From Candidatus Geothermocultoraceae bacterium (GTDB lineage: Bacteria > Actinomycetota > Aquicultoria > SKW223 > CALKMS01): a stretch of 54,823 nt of DNA. The notes below the pieces were generated by a model, which did not search any database, had not been told where the DNA came from, and worked only from the letters and a program-made list of their open reading frames with translations. Positions 1 to 10,410 of the stretch are shown here, piece after piece (positions within the stretch are counted from its first letter, which is position 1; every line of letters begins with the position of its first letter). The stretch spans positions 1-54,823 of the forward strand of contig DAIRCJ010000001.1 in NCBI GenBank assembly GCA_036796755.1, written 5' to 3'. The translations under genes and the position numbers were made by a program.

Positions 1-185
1 GTCTTGAGCTGGGAGCGACAGCTTACCTTACTGTTTTTGACCCCGATTTTGAATGGGTTTACCAGAAAAAAGAAGACGGTTTATGCTACAACAGTCCTTT
101 CCTTGGTGAAAAGATGAAAGGGAAAGCTTTCGGGGTAATTTCGGGCGGAAAACTTTTATTCTGGGAGGGCAAGCTTCTTGGTTAA
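1..185 (+). CDS. pyrC: dihydroorotase, C-terminal fragment (5' end outside window)
   Basis: Frame 3 is open from the window edge to TAA 183-185 (...[52 protein letters not shown]). It resembles a DHOase C-terminus and sits directly upstream of carA in a pyr operon. It is absent from the ORF track because it is truncated. Confidence 0.55.
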   Translation, partial: LELGATAYLTVFDPDFEWVYQKKEDGLCYNSPFLGEKMKGKAFGVISGGKLLFWEGKLLG

Positions 186-1347
186 AGGGCGGGCCTTGCT
201 TGTTTTAGAAGACGGAACCAGTTTTTTGGGGCGGCCTTTTGGTTCTTTCGGGGAAACTTTTGGTGAGGTTGTTTTTAATACTTCAATGACTGGTTATCAG
301 GAAATCCTCACCGACCCCTCTTACTATGGGCAGATAGTAACTTTGACTTATCCTCATATTGGAAACTACGGGATCAATTTGGAAGATATGGAGTCAGAGA
401 AACCTCAGGTTTCCGGGTTTATAGTCAAGGAAGGTGCAAGTTTTTATTCTAATTGGCGGGCTGAAAAAGGACTGGAAGGCTGGCTGAAGGAAAATAAAAT
501 CGTAGGGATTCAGGATATTGATACCCGGGCCCTGGTAAAAAGAATCAGAAGTGTTGGAGCAATGAAAGGGGGGATCTCAACTGAGGATTTAAAACCCTCT
601 TCTTTGCGGGAAAAAGTAAAGTCCTATCCCTCAATTGTCGGTCGCGACCTGGTCAAAGAAGTGACTATTGGGAAACCTTATTTTTTTGAAGGAGAAAAAT
701 CCGGCGATTATCTCGTTGCTGTCGTTGACGGGGGCGTGAAGAGAAATATTTTGAAAGAGCTTAAAAAAAGAGGGTGTGCGGTTTACTTGGTGCCTGCTTC
801 CACCTCGGCGGAAGAAATTTTAAGTTTGAAACCTGACGGAGTTCTTTTTTCTAACGGTCCGGGGGACCCGGCGCCTGTAACCTATATGATTTCTTTAGCC
901 CGTCGGCTTCTTGGAAAACTTCCCCTTTTTGGGATTTGCTTGGGTCATCAAATGCTTGGGCTCGCTCTGGGAGCAAAAACTTACAAGTTAAAGTTTGGTC
1001 ATCGAGGAGCCAATCAGCCAATTAAAAACCTGCTTAACAATCGGGTTGAGATTGCCTCAGAAAATCACGGTTTTGCCGTTGACCCCGCTTCTTTCGGCAT
1101 TACTTTGGGAAAATGGGAAGTAGGTCAGACTTTTCCTTCTGCTGAAATGCTTATTGGCAAGTGCAGTTTTGGTCGTGTTCAGGTGACTCACTTGAATTTA
1201 AACGATGGTACTTTGGAAGGAATTCGTTGTCTGGACTTGCCAGCTTTTTCTGTTCAGTTCCACCCTGAAGCTTCTCCCGGACCTCATGATACTACTTATC
1301 TTTTTGACAATTTTATTGCCTTGATGAGAAAGGAAAAACTTGCCTAA
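178..1347 (+). CDS. carA: carbamoyl-phosphate synthase small (glutaminase) subunit
   Basis: 389 aa. Has the CPSase small-subunit N-domain ([18 protein letters not shown]) and amidotransferase motifs GICLGHQ and FHPE. The TTG start overlaps the upstream stop. Confidence 0.95.
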   Translation: MVKGRALLVLEDGTSFLGRPFGSFGETFGEVVFNTSMTGYQEILTDPSYYGQIVTLTYPHIGNYGINLEDMESEKPQVSGFIVKEGASFYSNWRAEKGLEGWLKENKIVGIQDIDTRALVKRIRSVGAMKGGISTEDLKPSSLREKVKSYPSIVGRDLVKEVTIGKPYFFEGEKSGDYLVAVVDGGVKRNILKELKKRGCAVYLVPASTSAEEILSLKPDGVLFSNGPGDPAPVTYMISLARRLLGKLPLFGICLGHQMLGLALGAKTYKLKFGHRGANQPIKNLLNNRVEIASENHGFAVDPASFGITLGKWEVGQTFPSAEMLIGKCSFGRVQVTHLNLNDGTLEGIRCLDLPAFSVQFHPEASPGPHDTTYLFDNFIALMRKEKLA

Positions 1348-4300
1348 AAGAACTGACCTTAAAAAAATTCTTATAATTGGTTCCGGACCAATTGTAATCG
1401 GTCAGGCTTGCGAATTTGACTACTCCGGAACCCAGGCCTGTAAAGTTTTAAGACAGGAAGGTTATCAGGTTGTTCTGGTTAACTCTAATCCGGCAACCAT
1501 TATGACTGACCCGGAGTTCGCTGACGCCACTTATATCGAGCCGATAACCCCGGAAATGGTAGAAAAAATCATTGCTCGGGAAAGACCCGATGCTTTACTT
1601 CCCACCCTCGGTGGTCAAACCGGGCTCAATGTAGCCGTTGCTCTGGCGAAAAGTGGTGCCCTGGATAAGTATGGAGTGGAAATGATTGGTGCCACTCTCT
1701 CGGCCATTGAAAAGGCTGAGGACCGCAAGGCTTTCCGCCGCGCGATGGAGAAAATCGGGTTAAAAGTGCCTCGAAGCGAACTGGTTAACTCAATTCAGCA
1801 GGCTAAAAAGGTTCTTTCTTACCTCAAATTTCCTTTAATTGTCCGTCCCAGCTTTACACTTGGAGGAACGGGAGGTGGCATAGCTTACAACCTTGAGGAG
1901 TTTGAGAAGATAACTGGCCAGGGACTGATGCTTTCTCCAGTTCATGAGGTTCTAATTGAAGAGTCGGTTATTGGCTGGAAAGAATATGAGCTGGAGGTAA
2001 TGAGGGACAAAAACGATAATGTAGTTATTGTTTGTCCTATTGAAAACTTTGACCCTATGGGAGTTCACACTGGGGATTCCATCACTGTTGCTCCCGCTCA
2101 AACTCTGACCGATAAAGAATATCAGCGACTGCGCGATGCTTCAATTGCTATTATGAAAGAAATCGGAGTTGAAACTGGTGGCTCAAACATTCAGTTTGCG
2201 GTTAATCCGGAAAACGGCGATTTGATGGTGATTGAAATGAACCCCCGGGTTTCCCGTTCTTCAGCTCTGGCTTCCAAAGCTACTGGTTTTCCCATAGCTA
2301 AAATTGCCGCTAAACTGGCTGTCGGCTATACTTTGGATGAAATCGCCAATGATATAACCCGGGAAACACCTGCCTCCTTTGAGCCAACCATTGATTATGT
2401 GGTGGTTAAGGTCCCTCGCTTTACTTTTGAAAAGTTTCCAGGCGCTGAAGATGTTCTCGGCACTCAGATGAAATCAATTGGCGAGGTTATGTCTATCGGG
2501 CGAACCTTTAAAGAGGCCTTACAGAAAGCTGTCCGTTCTTTGGAAATCGGGCGCTACGGTCTGGGAGCAGACGGCAAAGACGAGATAGACCCAGAGTTAA
2601 TCAAAGAAAAAATTTCCATCCCCAACTCTCAAAGACTTTTTTACCTCAAAGAAGCCTTAAAGCGAGGTTATAGCATTGAGGAAGTGGCCCAGATTAGCTT
2701 TATTGACCCCTGGTTTCTTGCCCAGATAAAGGAAGTTATAGAACTGGAAGAAGAGCTGAAAACCTTTAGCCTAAAAACAATTTCCCGGGAAAAACTGCTG
2801 GAAGCGAAAAAATTTGGTTTTTCCGATTATCAACTGGCTTATCTTATGAAAACCCGGGAGGAAGAAGTGAGAAAGAAAAGGCGGGAGCTGGGAATAAAAC
2901 CAGTTTTTAAGATGGTAGATACCTGTGCTGCCGAATTTGAAGCTTACACTCCTTATTTTTACTCAACTTATGAGGAAGAAAACGAGGCCTTACCTTCTAC
3001 CCGTCCCAAAGTAGTGATTTTAGGAAGTGGCCCTAACAGAATAGGGCAGGGAATTGAGTTTGATTACTGCTGCGTTCAAGCGGCTTTTGCTCTGAAAGAA
3101 GAAGGCTACGAAACGGTTATGGTCAACTGCAATCCAGAGACTGTTTCTACTGACTACGACACCTCTGACCGACTCTATTTTGAACCCCTAACTTTAGAAG
3201 ACGTTTTAAACATTATTGAGAACGAGAAGCCGCTGGGGGTAGTAACTCAGTTTGGCGGTCAAACCCCTTTAAAACTGGCAGTTCCCCTGGAAAGAGCCGG
3301 AGTAAAAATACTTGGAACTTCTCCAGAAAGCATTGACATAGCTGAAGACCGAAATCGCTTCAATCAGCTTTTAAAAAAGCTCAACATCAAGCAGCCCCCG
3401 GGAGCTGTTGCCACTTCTTACGAGGAAGCAATGAAGGTGGCGGAAAAAATTGGCTATCCCATGCTGGTTCGGCCTTCCTATGTTTTAGGGGGAAGAGCTA
3501 TGGAGATTGTTTACTCGCCAGACAAGCTTGAGGAATACATAACTTCTGCGGTAAAAGCTTCTCCTGAACATCCTGTTCTCATCGACCGATTTTTGGAAGG
3601 CGCAATTGAGATTGATGTTGATGCTCTCTGCGATGGTAAAAAAGTTTTTATTGGCGGCATTATGGAGCACATTGAAGAAGCTGGTGTTCACTCCGGAGAC
3701 AGCTCCTGCGTTTTACCCCCGATAACCCTTTCCCGAAAAACAATTAAAGAAGTGGAAGAAATCACGGAAAAAATTGCTTTGGCTTTAGAGGTTAAGGGCT
3801 TAATAAATATTCAGATGGCTTTAAAAGATGGTGAGCTTTTCGTTTTGGAAGTAAATCCTCGAGCTTCCCGAACCGTTCCTTTTGTGAGCAAAACCATAGG
3901 TTTTCCTTTGGCTAAAGTAGCGGCCAAGTTGGCAGTGGGCAAAGAACTAAAAGACTTTAAACTTCCTTCCCGAAAGTTTTCCCATATTGCGGTAAAAGAA
4001 GTGGCTCTCCCTTTTCGCCGCTTTCCCGGTGTTGACCCGGTTTTAGGTCCGGAAATGAAATCAACGGGGGAAGTGATGGGGATTGATTTTAGCTTTCCTG
4101 TCGCCTTTACTAAAGCTCAGGCTGCTGTAGGTTCTAAACTGCCGGAGAAAGGGAGAATTTTTATCAGTGTAGCCGACAAAGACAAAAAACACATTGTTTC
4201 TCTTGCTCAGGAATTAAAAGAAATGGGCTTTGAAATTGTTGCTACCCGGGGAACTTATGAATACCTGAAAAAATCAGGAATTGAAGCCGAAGAAGTAAAA

Positions 4301-4555
4301 AAAGTTAGAGAAAGCCGTCCCAATATAATTGATTTAATAAAAGATGGAAGCATTCTGTTGGTTATTAATACTCCCTGGGGAAAGGAAACTCGCAGCGACG
4401 GCTATTTTATTCGCACGGCTGCCGCTTTCTACGGCGTTCCTTCCATTACTACTATTCCGGGAGCTAAAGCGGCGGTTGAAGGGATTAAGGCTTTAAGAAG
4501 AGAAAAGATTACGGTTAAAAGTTTACAGGAGTATCATAGGGAAATTGGAAACTAA
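1340..4555 (+). CDS. carB: carbamoyl-phosphate synthase large subunit
   Basis: 1071 aa. Has two ATP-grasp halves ([10 protein letters not shown] / [10 protein letters not shown]; NPRVSRSS / NPRASRT) and a C-terminal MGS-like domain. Overlaps the carA stop. Confidence 0.97.
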   Translation: MPKRTDLKKILIIGSGPIVIGQACEFDYSGTQACKVLRQEGYQVVLVNSNPATIMTDPEFADATYIEPITPEMVEKIIARERPDALLPTLGGQTGLNVAVALAKSGALDKYGVEMIGATLSAIEKAEDRKAFRRAMEKIGLKVPRSELVNSIQQAKKVLSYLKFPLIVRPSFTLGGTGGGIAYNLEEFEKITGQGLMLSPVHEVLIEESVIGWKEYELEVMRDKNDNVVIVCPIENFDPMGVHTGDSITVAPAQTLTDKEYQRLRDASIAIMKEIGVETGGSNIQFAVNPENGDLMVIEMNPRVSRSSALASKATGFPIAKIAAKLAVGYTLDEIANDITRETPASFEPTIDYVVVKVPRFTFEKFPGAEDVLGTQMKSIGEVMSIGRTFKEALQKAVRSLEIGRYGLGADGKDEIDPELIKEKISIPNSQRLFYLKEALKRGYSIEEVAQISFIDPWFLAQIKEVIELEEELKTFSLKTISREKLLEAKKFGFSDYQLAYLMKTREEEVRKKRRELGIKPVFKMVDTCAAEFEAYTPYFYSTYEEENEALPSTRPKVVILGSGPNRIGQGIEFDYCCVQAAFALKEEGYETVMVNCNPETVSTDYDTSDRLYFEPLTLEDVLNIIENEKPLGVVTQFGGQTPLKLAVPLERAGVKILGTSPESIDIAEDRNRFNQLLKKLNIKQPPGAVATSYEEAMKVAEKIGYPMLVRPSYVLGGRAMEIVYSPDKLEEYITSAVKASPEHPVLIDRFLEGAIEIDVDALCDGKKVFIGGIMEHIEEAGVHSGDSSCVLPPITLSRKTIKEVEEITEKIALALEVKGLINIQMALKDGELFVLEVNPRASRTVPFVSKTIGFPLAKVAAKLAVGKELKDFKLPSRKFSHIAVKEVALPFRRFPGVDPVLGPEMKSTGEVMGIDFSFPVAFTKAQAAVGSKLPEKGRIFISVADKDKKHIVSLAQELKEMGFEIVATRGTYEYLKKSGIEAEEVKKVRESRPNIIDLIKDGSILLVINTPWGKETRSDGYFIRTAAAFYGVPSITTIPGAKAAVEGIKALRREKITVKSLQEYHREIGN

Positions 4556-5333
4556 GATTTTTTTAAAAAAAGACTGCCCGGTTGTTTTTAATAAAAAAAT
4601 CAGCAAGAACCGCTTCCTTTTGAGGGTTAAAGCTCCTGAAATAGCCCGGGCGGCTTCTCCTGGTCAGTTCGTTCAGATAAAGTTGGGCGATTTTGACCCT
4701 CTTTTACCCCGACCTTTTGCAGTGAGTTTTGTTGAGGGCAGTTTTCTGGAAATTTTATATGAAGTAAGAGGTAAAGGAACCCATCTCCTTTCCCTTGCTT
4801 CCAAAGGAAGCTTTCTTTGTCTTCTGGGACCCCTGGGAAAGGGTTTTGTTTTGCCTGAAGAAAAAAGCGAGAACCTGGTTTTAGTGGCTGGCGGAATGGG
4901 GTTGGCTCCCTTGAGGTTTTTAACTTGGAAAGCCCAGGAGAAAAAATATTCCTTGATTTTGCTTTATGGCGACCGGCATCCAGTTTTTAGGCTTCCTCTG
5001 GAGAGCCTCTTTCCGCCGGAAGTCTCTTTTTACGAGATTTTTGAAGAAGGAAGGGAAAAAAAGGGTCTTTTGACTGACCTTTTGTCTGAATTGATTGGTC
5101 AGTTCTTACCGGCTCACTTTTTTGTTTGCGGTCCACGACCAATGATGAAAAAAGTAGAGCTTTGGATTTCTTCAAGAGCTGCTGGCAAAACCCAGTTTTC
5201 TTTTGAGGAAAAAATGGGTTGCGGCTACGGAGCTTGTCGGGGTTGTGTCATTCCTACCCGAGAAGGATTAAAACGAGTTTGCTGCGAGGGACCAGTTTTT
5301 AAAGGAGAGGAAGTAGATTGGGAGTTAATTTAA
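4545..5333 (+). CDS. pyrK: dihydroorotate dehydrogenase (class 1B) electron-transfer subunit
   Basis: 262 aa ferredoxin-reductase-like protein with a C-terminal Cys cluster ([12 protein letters not shown]...RVCCEGPVF). TTG start at 4545. Lies between carB and pyrD. Confidence 0.85.
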   Translation: METKIFLKKDCPVVFNKKISKNRFLLRVKAPEIARAASPGQFVQIKLGDFDPLLPRPFAVSFVEGSFLEILYEVRGKGTHLLSLASKGSFLCLLGPLGKGFVLPEEKSENLVLVAGGMGLAPLRFLTWKAQEKKYSLILLYGDRHPVFRLPLESLFPPEVSFYEIFEEGREKKGLLTDLLSELIGQFLPAHFFVCGPRPMMKKVELWISSRAAGKTQFSFEEKMGCGYGACRGCVIPTREGLKRVCCEGPVFKGEEVDWELI

Positions 5334-6226
5334 AAGTTAGACTGGGTTCGGTTGAGCTTTCCACTCCTCTTATTTTGGCTTCTGGAACTGTCTCTCTAGA
5401 AACCTTGCCATTTTTAAAGGCGGAAAAAATCGGGGCTATGGTTTTAAAAACTGCCACTTTGAAACCCCGAGAGGGGAATCCTCCGCCTCGTCTTACCGAA
5501 ACGCCGGCTGGGTTGCTGAACTCGATTGGCCTTCAAAACCCGGGGGTAAAAAAACTCCTAGAGGAGCTTGCTTTATACCCGAAAGAATACAAGCTGGTTG
5601 GAAGTGTCGGTGGAAGCAGCGTTGAGGAGTATGTGAAAGTAGCCAGAGAACTGGAAAAGTCCGGGCGCTTTCTGGCATTGGAACTCAATGTTTCCTGTCC
5701 CAATGTTAAAAAGGGAGGGATTGAGTTTGGAAGAGAGCCTCGACTACTTTTCGATTTAGTAAAAGAGGTTAAAAAATCGGTCTTTCTTCCTCTCTGGGTC
5801 AAGCTTACTCCGAATACTTCATCGCTCGAAGAAGCAGCAACGGCCGCCGGGGAAGCTGGGGCCGATGTTCTGGTGATTGCCAATACTTACCTGGGGATGG
5901 CGATTGATGTTGAAACTCGAAAATCCCGGCTGGGAACTTTAACTGGGGGTCTCTCCGGACCGGCTATCAAGCCTTTGATGCTTTATTTGGTTTATCGGGT
6001 GCTAAGGACAACCAATTTGCCTGTCATTGCCAGCGGGGGAATATACAGTTATCTTGACGCCCTGGAGTTTTTGATTGTTGGCGCATCTGCTTTTTCCCTT
6101 GGCACGGCTATGCTTGTCAAGCCTGATTCAGCCCTGGAAATTTTGGATGGTTTAGAAAGATGGCTCGAGGAAAGGCAGATAGGAAACATTAGCGAGTTGA
6201 TTGGTAGTTTCCAGGAGGTTGGTTGA
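5318..6226 (+). CDS. pyrD: dihydroorotate dehydrogenase catalytic subunit (class 1B)
   Basis: 302 aa TIM-barrel DHODH (LKTATLKPREGNP, NVSCPNVKKGG, ASGGI). TTG start preceded by AAAGGAGAGG. Confidence 0.92.
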   Translation: MGVNLKVRLGSVELSTPLILASGTVSLETLPFLKAEKIGAMVLKTATLKPREGNPPPRLTETPAGLLNSIGLQNPGVKKLLEELALYPKEYKLVGSVGGSSVEEYVKVARELEKSGRFLALELNVSCPNVKKGGIEFGREPRLLFDLVKEVKKSVFLPLWVKLTPNTSSLEEAATAAGEAGADVLVIANTYLGMAIDVETRKSRLGTLTGGLSGPAIKPLMLYLVYRVLRTTNLPVIASGGIYSYLDALEFLIVGASAFSLGTAMLVKPDSALEILDGLERWLEERQIGNISELIGSFQEVG

Positions 6227-6930
6227 AAGAAGACAGACTGATAATTGCTCTGGACCTTGTTGAGCCGGAAAAAGCCTTAAAGCTGGCTGATTTGCTTTCT
6301 CCTTATGTCACCACCTTTAAAATTGGCTGGCAACTTTTTTTAAGCGGCGGAGAAAAAATAGTCAAATCTATGAGAGAAAGGGGAGAAGTCTTTCTGGATT
6401 TGAAGCTCTTTGACATACCCTTTCAGGTGGCTAAAGCCGTTGAAGCTCTTTCCCGTTTTGAGCTTCGTTTTCTAACCGTTTCCCTTTTTGGTGGCTTTGA
6501 AATGGTTAAAGAAGCTGTTGAAGCAAGCAAAAACTTTTCTCGGGAAGGAAGGCTCACTCTTCTGGGGGTTACTGTTTTGACCTCTCTGGAGAAGAAAGAC
6601 CTGGTAGATTTAGGAATTAAGTCTTCGCCGGAGAAGAGCGTTTTAAACCTCGCTAAAATGGGTTATGAAGCTGGCTTAAGGGGTTTGGTAGCCTCTTCTC
6701 GAGAAGCCCGGTTAATTAAGGAAAGGATATCTCAAGAGATAAAAGTGGTGACGCCGGGTATTCGTCTGGGTGGAGAAGCTTCTGGGGACCAAAAAAGAGT
6801 CTCAACAGTTGAAGAAGCCCTGAAAGCGGGAGCCGATTTCCTGGTCGTAGGAAGGCCAATAACCGGAGATAAAGACCCGCTAAAAAAACTTCAAAAATAC
6901 CTGGAGGAAATAGCAAAATGGAAAGCTTAG
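6223..6930 (+). CDS. pyrF: orotidine 5'-phosphate decarboxylase
   Basis: 235 aa. Has the LDLKLFDIP motif and C-terminal VVGRPI. Start and stop overlap the neighbouring genes. Confidence 0.9.
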   Translation: MKEDRLIIALDLVEPEKALKLADLLSPYVTTFKIGWQLFLSGGEKIVKSMRERGEVFLDLKLFDIPFQVAKAVEALSRFELRFLTVSLFGGFEMVKEAVEASKNFSREGRLTLLGVTVLTSLEKKDLVDLGIKSSPEKSVLNLAKMGYEAGLRGLVASSREARLIKERISQEIKVVTPGIRLGGEASGDQKRVSTVEEALKAGADFLVVGRPITGDKDPLKKLQKYLEEIAKWKA

Positions 6931-7490
6931 AAAAGCTTCTTAAAGAAAAAGGGGCAGTCTTAAAAGGCCATTTTCAGCTTTCTTCCGGTTTGCACAGCGA
7001 CACCTATATTCAGACAGCTCGAATTTTTCAGTACCCTGATGTTGCCGAAAGGATCGGGGAGGAGCTAGGGAAAAAGTTTCAAAATCTCAACCCGGAAGTG
7101 GTAATTGGTCCCGCTCTGGGAGGGGTTATTCTCTCCTTTGTTGTGGCTCGCTTTTTAGAAGTCCGCTCAATTTTTGCTGAAAGAAAAGAAGGAAAACTCG
7201 AGCTCAGAAGAGGATTTCAGATAAAAACCGGGGAAAGAGTTCTGGTGGTTGAAGATGTGGTCACTACGGCTCTTTCAGTTAAGGAAACCATTGAGCTAGT
7301 CAAACAAAGCGGCGGTCTGGTTATCGGGGTGGGCTGCTTGGTGGATAGGAGCGAGATTCCCTTAGATTTGCCTTATTTTCATTCCCTTTTAAAAATTTCA
7401 ATTAAAACTTATCAGGCGGATGACTGCCCATTATGCCAGCAAGGAGTACCTTTTTGTTACCCAGGGAGCCGAAAATCAGGAAAAAGCTAA
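6918..7490 (+). CDS. pyrE: orotate phosphoribosyltransferase
   Basis: 190 aa. Has the PRPP-binding loop VLVVEDVVTTALS. It is the last gene of the pyr operon. Confidence 0.9.
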   Translation: MESLEKLLKEKGAVLKGHFQLSSGLHSDTYIQTARIFQYPDVAERIGEELGKKFQNLNPEVVIGPALGGVILSFVVARFLEVRSIFAERKEGKLELRRGFQIKTGERVLVVEDVVTTALSVKETIELVKQSGGLVIGVGCLVDRSEIPLDLPYFHSLLKISIKTYQADDCPLCQQGVPFCYPGSRKSGKS

Positions 7491-7508
7491 AAATTTTTTA
7501 AAAAATAC

Positions 7509-7537
7509 TTGCTCAAGCAAGGTTCTAGTTGTATAAT
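7509..7537 (+). promoter_or_regulatory. sigma-70-like promoter for mihF-gmk-rpoZ-coaBC
   Basis: TTGCTC (7509-7514), a 17-nt spacer, then a perfect TATAAT (7532-7537). This lies about 44 nt upstream of the mihF ATG, which has a GGGGG Shine-Dalgarno. Confidence 0.55.
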
Positions 7538-7580
7538 CCGAAACGGTAGCTCAAAATACCAAGTAAAGGGGGTCGGATAG

Positions 7581-7898
7581 ATGGCGCTACCGAAACTTTC
7601 AGACGCTGATAAGAAGAAGGCACTAAAAAAGGCTTTGGAGGTGAGAAGGGCAAGGGCTAAGCTCAAGGCCGATTTGAAAGCGGGGAAAGTGAAGCTCCAG
7701 GACGTCTTTAAGAAAGCCAATGACCCTGTTGTTGGCAAAATGAAGGTCTCTTCCCTTTTGAGTTCTCTTCCTGGCCTTGGCAAGGTAAGAAGCAGCAAAA
7801 TTATGGAGGAAGTTGGCATTAGCGAAACCCGCCGGGTCAAGGGTCTGGGCGACAAGCAGAAGGCCAAGCTTCTTGAGATTTTAGGAAAAAAAGGTTAA
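7581..7898 (+). CDS. mihF: actinobacterial-type integration host factor (mIHF/sIHF family)
   Basis: 105 aa. MALPKLS...GKMKVSSLLSSLPGLGKVRSSKIMEEVGISETRRVKGLG closely resembles Streptomyces sIHF and Mycobacterium mIHF as I recall them. It sits in the conserved position upstream of gmk-rpoZ. Confidence 0.85.
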   Translation: MALPKLSDADKKKALKKALEVRRARAKLKADLKAGKVKLQDVFKKANDPVVGKMKVSSLLSSLPGLGKVRSSKIMEEVGISETRRVKGLGDKQKAKLLEILGKKG

Positions 7899-7924
7899 TT
7901 AGAAACAGTCAGGGTAAACTATTT

Positions 7925-8464
7925 GTGATTTCTGGCCCTTCAGGGGCAGGAAAAAGTACAATTGTAGCTGAATTATTAAAAGTTAACAAAGATTTAGTCA
8001 AGTCAGTATCTTGTACTACCAGAAAAAGAAGAAAGGGCGAAATTCAAGGGAAAAGTTATTACTTTATAAGCGAAGAAGAGTTTAAAGAGAAAGTAGATAA
8101 AGGGGAGTTTCTGGAATGGGCAATGGTTCACGGTTCATTCTACGGAACTCCTCTTAATTTTATTAAAGAGAGTTTAGCCCAAAAGAAAAATATAATCCTG
8201 GAAATTGATGTTCAAGGGGCAAAGGTTATTAAGGAGAAGGTGCCCGATGCTGTTTTGATTTTCGTTTTGCCCCCGAGCTTAAAGGAACTTCGCTCCCGGC
8301 TTTTAGCTAGGAATACTGAAGATGACGCTTCTTTGAGTTTAAGATTAAAAAACGCTCTACTTGAACTTCGCGAGGTAAAAAGCTATGATTATGTTGTTGT
8401 TAACGATCGGCTGGAAAGAACAGTTGAGGAAATTACCCAGATAATTAATAAAGTAAAAAATTAA
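7925..8464 (+). CDS. gmk: guanylate kinase
   Basis: Has the P-loop SGPSGAGKST and TTRKRRKGEIQGKSYYF. GTG 7925 is the first canonical start, but conserved-looking residues lie upstream of it (see findings). Confidence 0.9.
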   Translation: MISGPSGAGKSTIVAELLKVNKDLVKSVSCTTRKRRKGEIQGKSYYFISEEEFKEKVDKGEFLEWAMVHGSFYGTPLNFIKESLAQKKNIILEIDVQGAKVIKEKVPDAVLIFVLPPSLKELRSRLLARNTEDDASLSLRLKNALLELREVKSYDYVVVNDRLERTVEEITQIINKVKN

Positions 8465-8479
8465 CTTTTAGGAGGTAAA

Positions 8480-8839
8480 TTGCTAACCAGACCAAGTTAT
8501 AACGAGCTTTTAAAAAGAATTAACAGTAAGTATCAGCTGGTAACGGTAGCTGCCAGGCGAGCAGCTCAGTTAGTTGAAAACGCAAATTTAGCTCGTCAGG
8601 GCTTAATCCCTAAATACCGTCCGCCTCAGGTTGACTTTTTTGGCAAGAATTTCTTGACTATTGCCCTGGAAGAAATTGCGTTAGGCAAGGTTGAGATGGT
8701 GCGAAGACCAAAGAAGAAAGCTCAAACTCCAGAAATGGTTTTTTCTTCGGGAACAGATTCTTTAGTTGAAGAAGATTCTTCAAAAGAAGAACTAGCTGAA
8801 AGTCAAGGGGAAGAAAAGAACTCAGAAAACCTTGAGTAA
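8480..8839 (+). CDS. rpoZ: DNA-directed RNA polymerase omega subunit
   Basis: 119 aa. The N-terminus NSKYQLVTVAARRAAQL is typical of omega, with an acidic C-terminal tail. TAGGAGG lies upstream of the TTG start. Confidence 0.85.
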   Translation: MLTRPSYNELLKRINSKYQLVTVAARRAAQLVENANLARQGLIPKYRPPQVDFFGKNFLTIALEEIALGKVEMVRRPKKKAQTPEMVFSSGTDSLVEEDSSKEELAESQGEEKNSENLE

Positions 8840-10038
8840 TGTCTGAAAAAAAACCCGAAGTTAAGGAAATTATCCTCGGGGTAACGGGGTCAATAGCTGC
8901 TTATAAATCTCCGGAAATAGTCAGTCGGTTGAAAAAAAGCGGCTATCAGGTTACGGTTGCTCTGACCCCTTCAGCGCAAAAATTTGTTGCTCCTTTAACC
9001 TTAGAGGTTCTTTCTGGAAACAAGGTTTACGCTGATATTTTTGATGAAGAGCCAGGGGTTTCCCATATTGAACTAGCCAGGAGGGCAAGCCTTTTTTTAG
9101 TGGCACCGGCCACTGCTGATTTTATTGCCCGAGCAGCTAATGGAATTGCTGATGACCCTGTCTCTTTGATTTATCTCTGTTGCGCCTGTCCGGTTGTCAT
9201 TGCTCCGGCGATGAATGAAAAGATGCTTAATCACCCGGCACTTAAAAAAAATCTGGAAACCCTGATAAGCCGGGGGACAATCGTGGTTGAGTCGGAAGAA
9301 GGTAAGCTTGCTTGCGGGGTAACTGGTAGAGGGCGACTGGCTTCGGTTGAGAAAATCCTAGAAACTGTGAAGCAAGTTTTGGAAAAATCGGAGTCCCTTA
9401 AGGGAAAAACAGTTTTGATTACCGCTGGCCCCACCCGGGAGAAAATTGACGAGGTGAGGTTTATTTCCAATTATTCATCGGGAAAGATGGGTCTGGCTTT
9501 AGCTAAAGAGGCTTTTTTGCGGGGAGCCAGGGTAGAGCTGGTTTGCGGTCCTACAACCCTTGACCCGCCATACGGTGTGCACCCGACTTATGTGGAAAGT
9601 GCGCAGGAGATGGAAAAAGCCTGTTTGAAAATTTTCCCTGAAACTGACATAACCATAATGGCAGCGGCTGTTTCTGATTATCGACCGGAAAAGGTAATGA
9701 AGGGTAAGCTCAAAAAGGAGGGGAGAGAATATCTGGAGTTAAAGCTGGTGAAGAATCCGGATATTTTAAGCAAGCTATCGCGAAAAAAGAAGCGAGGACA
9801 GATAATTGTTGGCTTCGCTGCTGAAACCGACAACTTACTTGAAGGAGCTCAAAAAAAACTTAAAGAAAAGAAACTTGACCTGGTGGTGGCAAACCTGGTG
9901 GGAAAGGGCAGAGGATTTGAACAGGACTATAACGAAGTAACCTTTGTTTTTCCCGACGGAAGAATGGAAAAGCTTCCTTTACTTTCTAAAACCTTAATCG
10001 CCCAAAAACTCTTCGACCTCCTCCAAAACTCAACTTAA
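8839..10038 (+). CDS. coaBC: bifunctional phosphopantothenoylcysteine decarboxylase / synthetase
   Basis: 399 aa. Has an N-terminal flavoprotein domain (ILGVTGSIAAYK) and a C-terminal DFP domain (ISNYSSGKMG). The ATG overlaps the rpoZ TAA. Confidence 0.92.
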   Translation: MSEKKPEVKEIILGVTGSIAAYKSPEIVSRLKKSGYQVTVALTPSAQKFVAPLTLEVLSGNKVYADIFDEEPGVSHIELARRASLFLVAPATADFIARAANGIADDPVSLIYLCCACPVVIAPAMNEKMLNHPALKKNLETLISRGTIVVESEEGKLACGVTGRGRLASVEKILETVKQVLEKSESLKGKTVLITAGPTREKIDEVRFISNYSSGKMGLALAKEAFLRGARVELVCGPTTLDPPYGVHPTYVESAQEMEKACLKIFPETDITIMAAAVSDYRPEKVMKGKLKKEGREYLELKLVKNPDILSKLSRKKKRGQIIVGFAAETDNLLEGAQKKLKEKKLDLVVANLVGKGRGFEQDYNEVTFVFPDGRMEKLPLLSKTLIAQKLFDLLQNST

Positions 10039-10344
10039 TCTTGGTACCCCTGGGTTAGACCCTCCGCCCACTCTAAACTTTTAAAGCAAATTCTTAATTT
10101 TCAATTTTTCTCTTTTTAATTTTTCCACTCCTTTTTTAAAATCTTCTGCCTTAAATTTTAAGGGGATTTAGGGGGAATTAAGAAACCCCACAATTAGGAA
10201 ATTGGTTTTTTCAAATCCCCCTACCCACTTATCCTGACGGATATAGGAGTTAGTAACCCGGAAACCTCTGAATCGTGAGCTTAATTTTCAGGATTTTGAG
10301 TCCAATATGCCTGATATATAATTTTCGGGCACACTGACATTTGT

Positions 10345-10373
10345 TTGAAGGAACGAGGTTTTATTGATAAAAT
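10345..10373 (+). promoter_or_regulatory. possible metK promoter
   Basis: TTGAAG (10345-10350), a 17-nt spacer, then TAAAAT (10368-10373). This lies about 38 nt upstream of the metK ATG (SD AAGGAGG). Called by eye only. Confidence 0.3.
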
Positions 10374-10410
10374 TATAAGGTTATACCTGTTGTGAATTAA
10401 GGAGGTGTAG

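Noticed and set aside
7487-7867. 126-aa minus-strand ORF antisense to mihF. The same applies to similar antisense or alternative-frame ORFs in the track (e.g. 3485-3691, 5533-5883, 14817-15137, 20841-21170, 30904-31215, 32191-32532, 36589-36858, 48205-48666).
   Set aside because: Each lies entirely inside a strongly supported conserved gene on the other strand or frame. They have low-complexity, Ser/Pro/Leu-rich translations and no SD, which is typical of shadow ORFs.
10039-10410. SAM riboswitch upstream of metK
   Set aside because: I looked for SAM-I and SAM-IV core elements (the GCAACC-type junction, the kink-turn/pseudoknot context) and did not find them. Only generic hairpins are present, so it is reported as unexplained structure rather than as a riboswitch.
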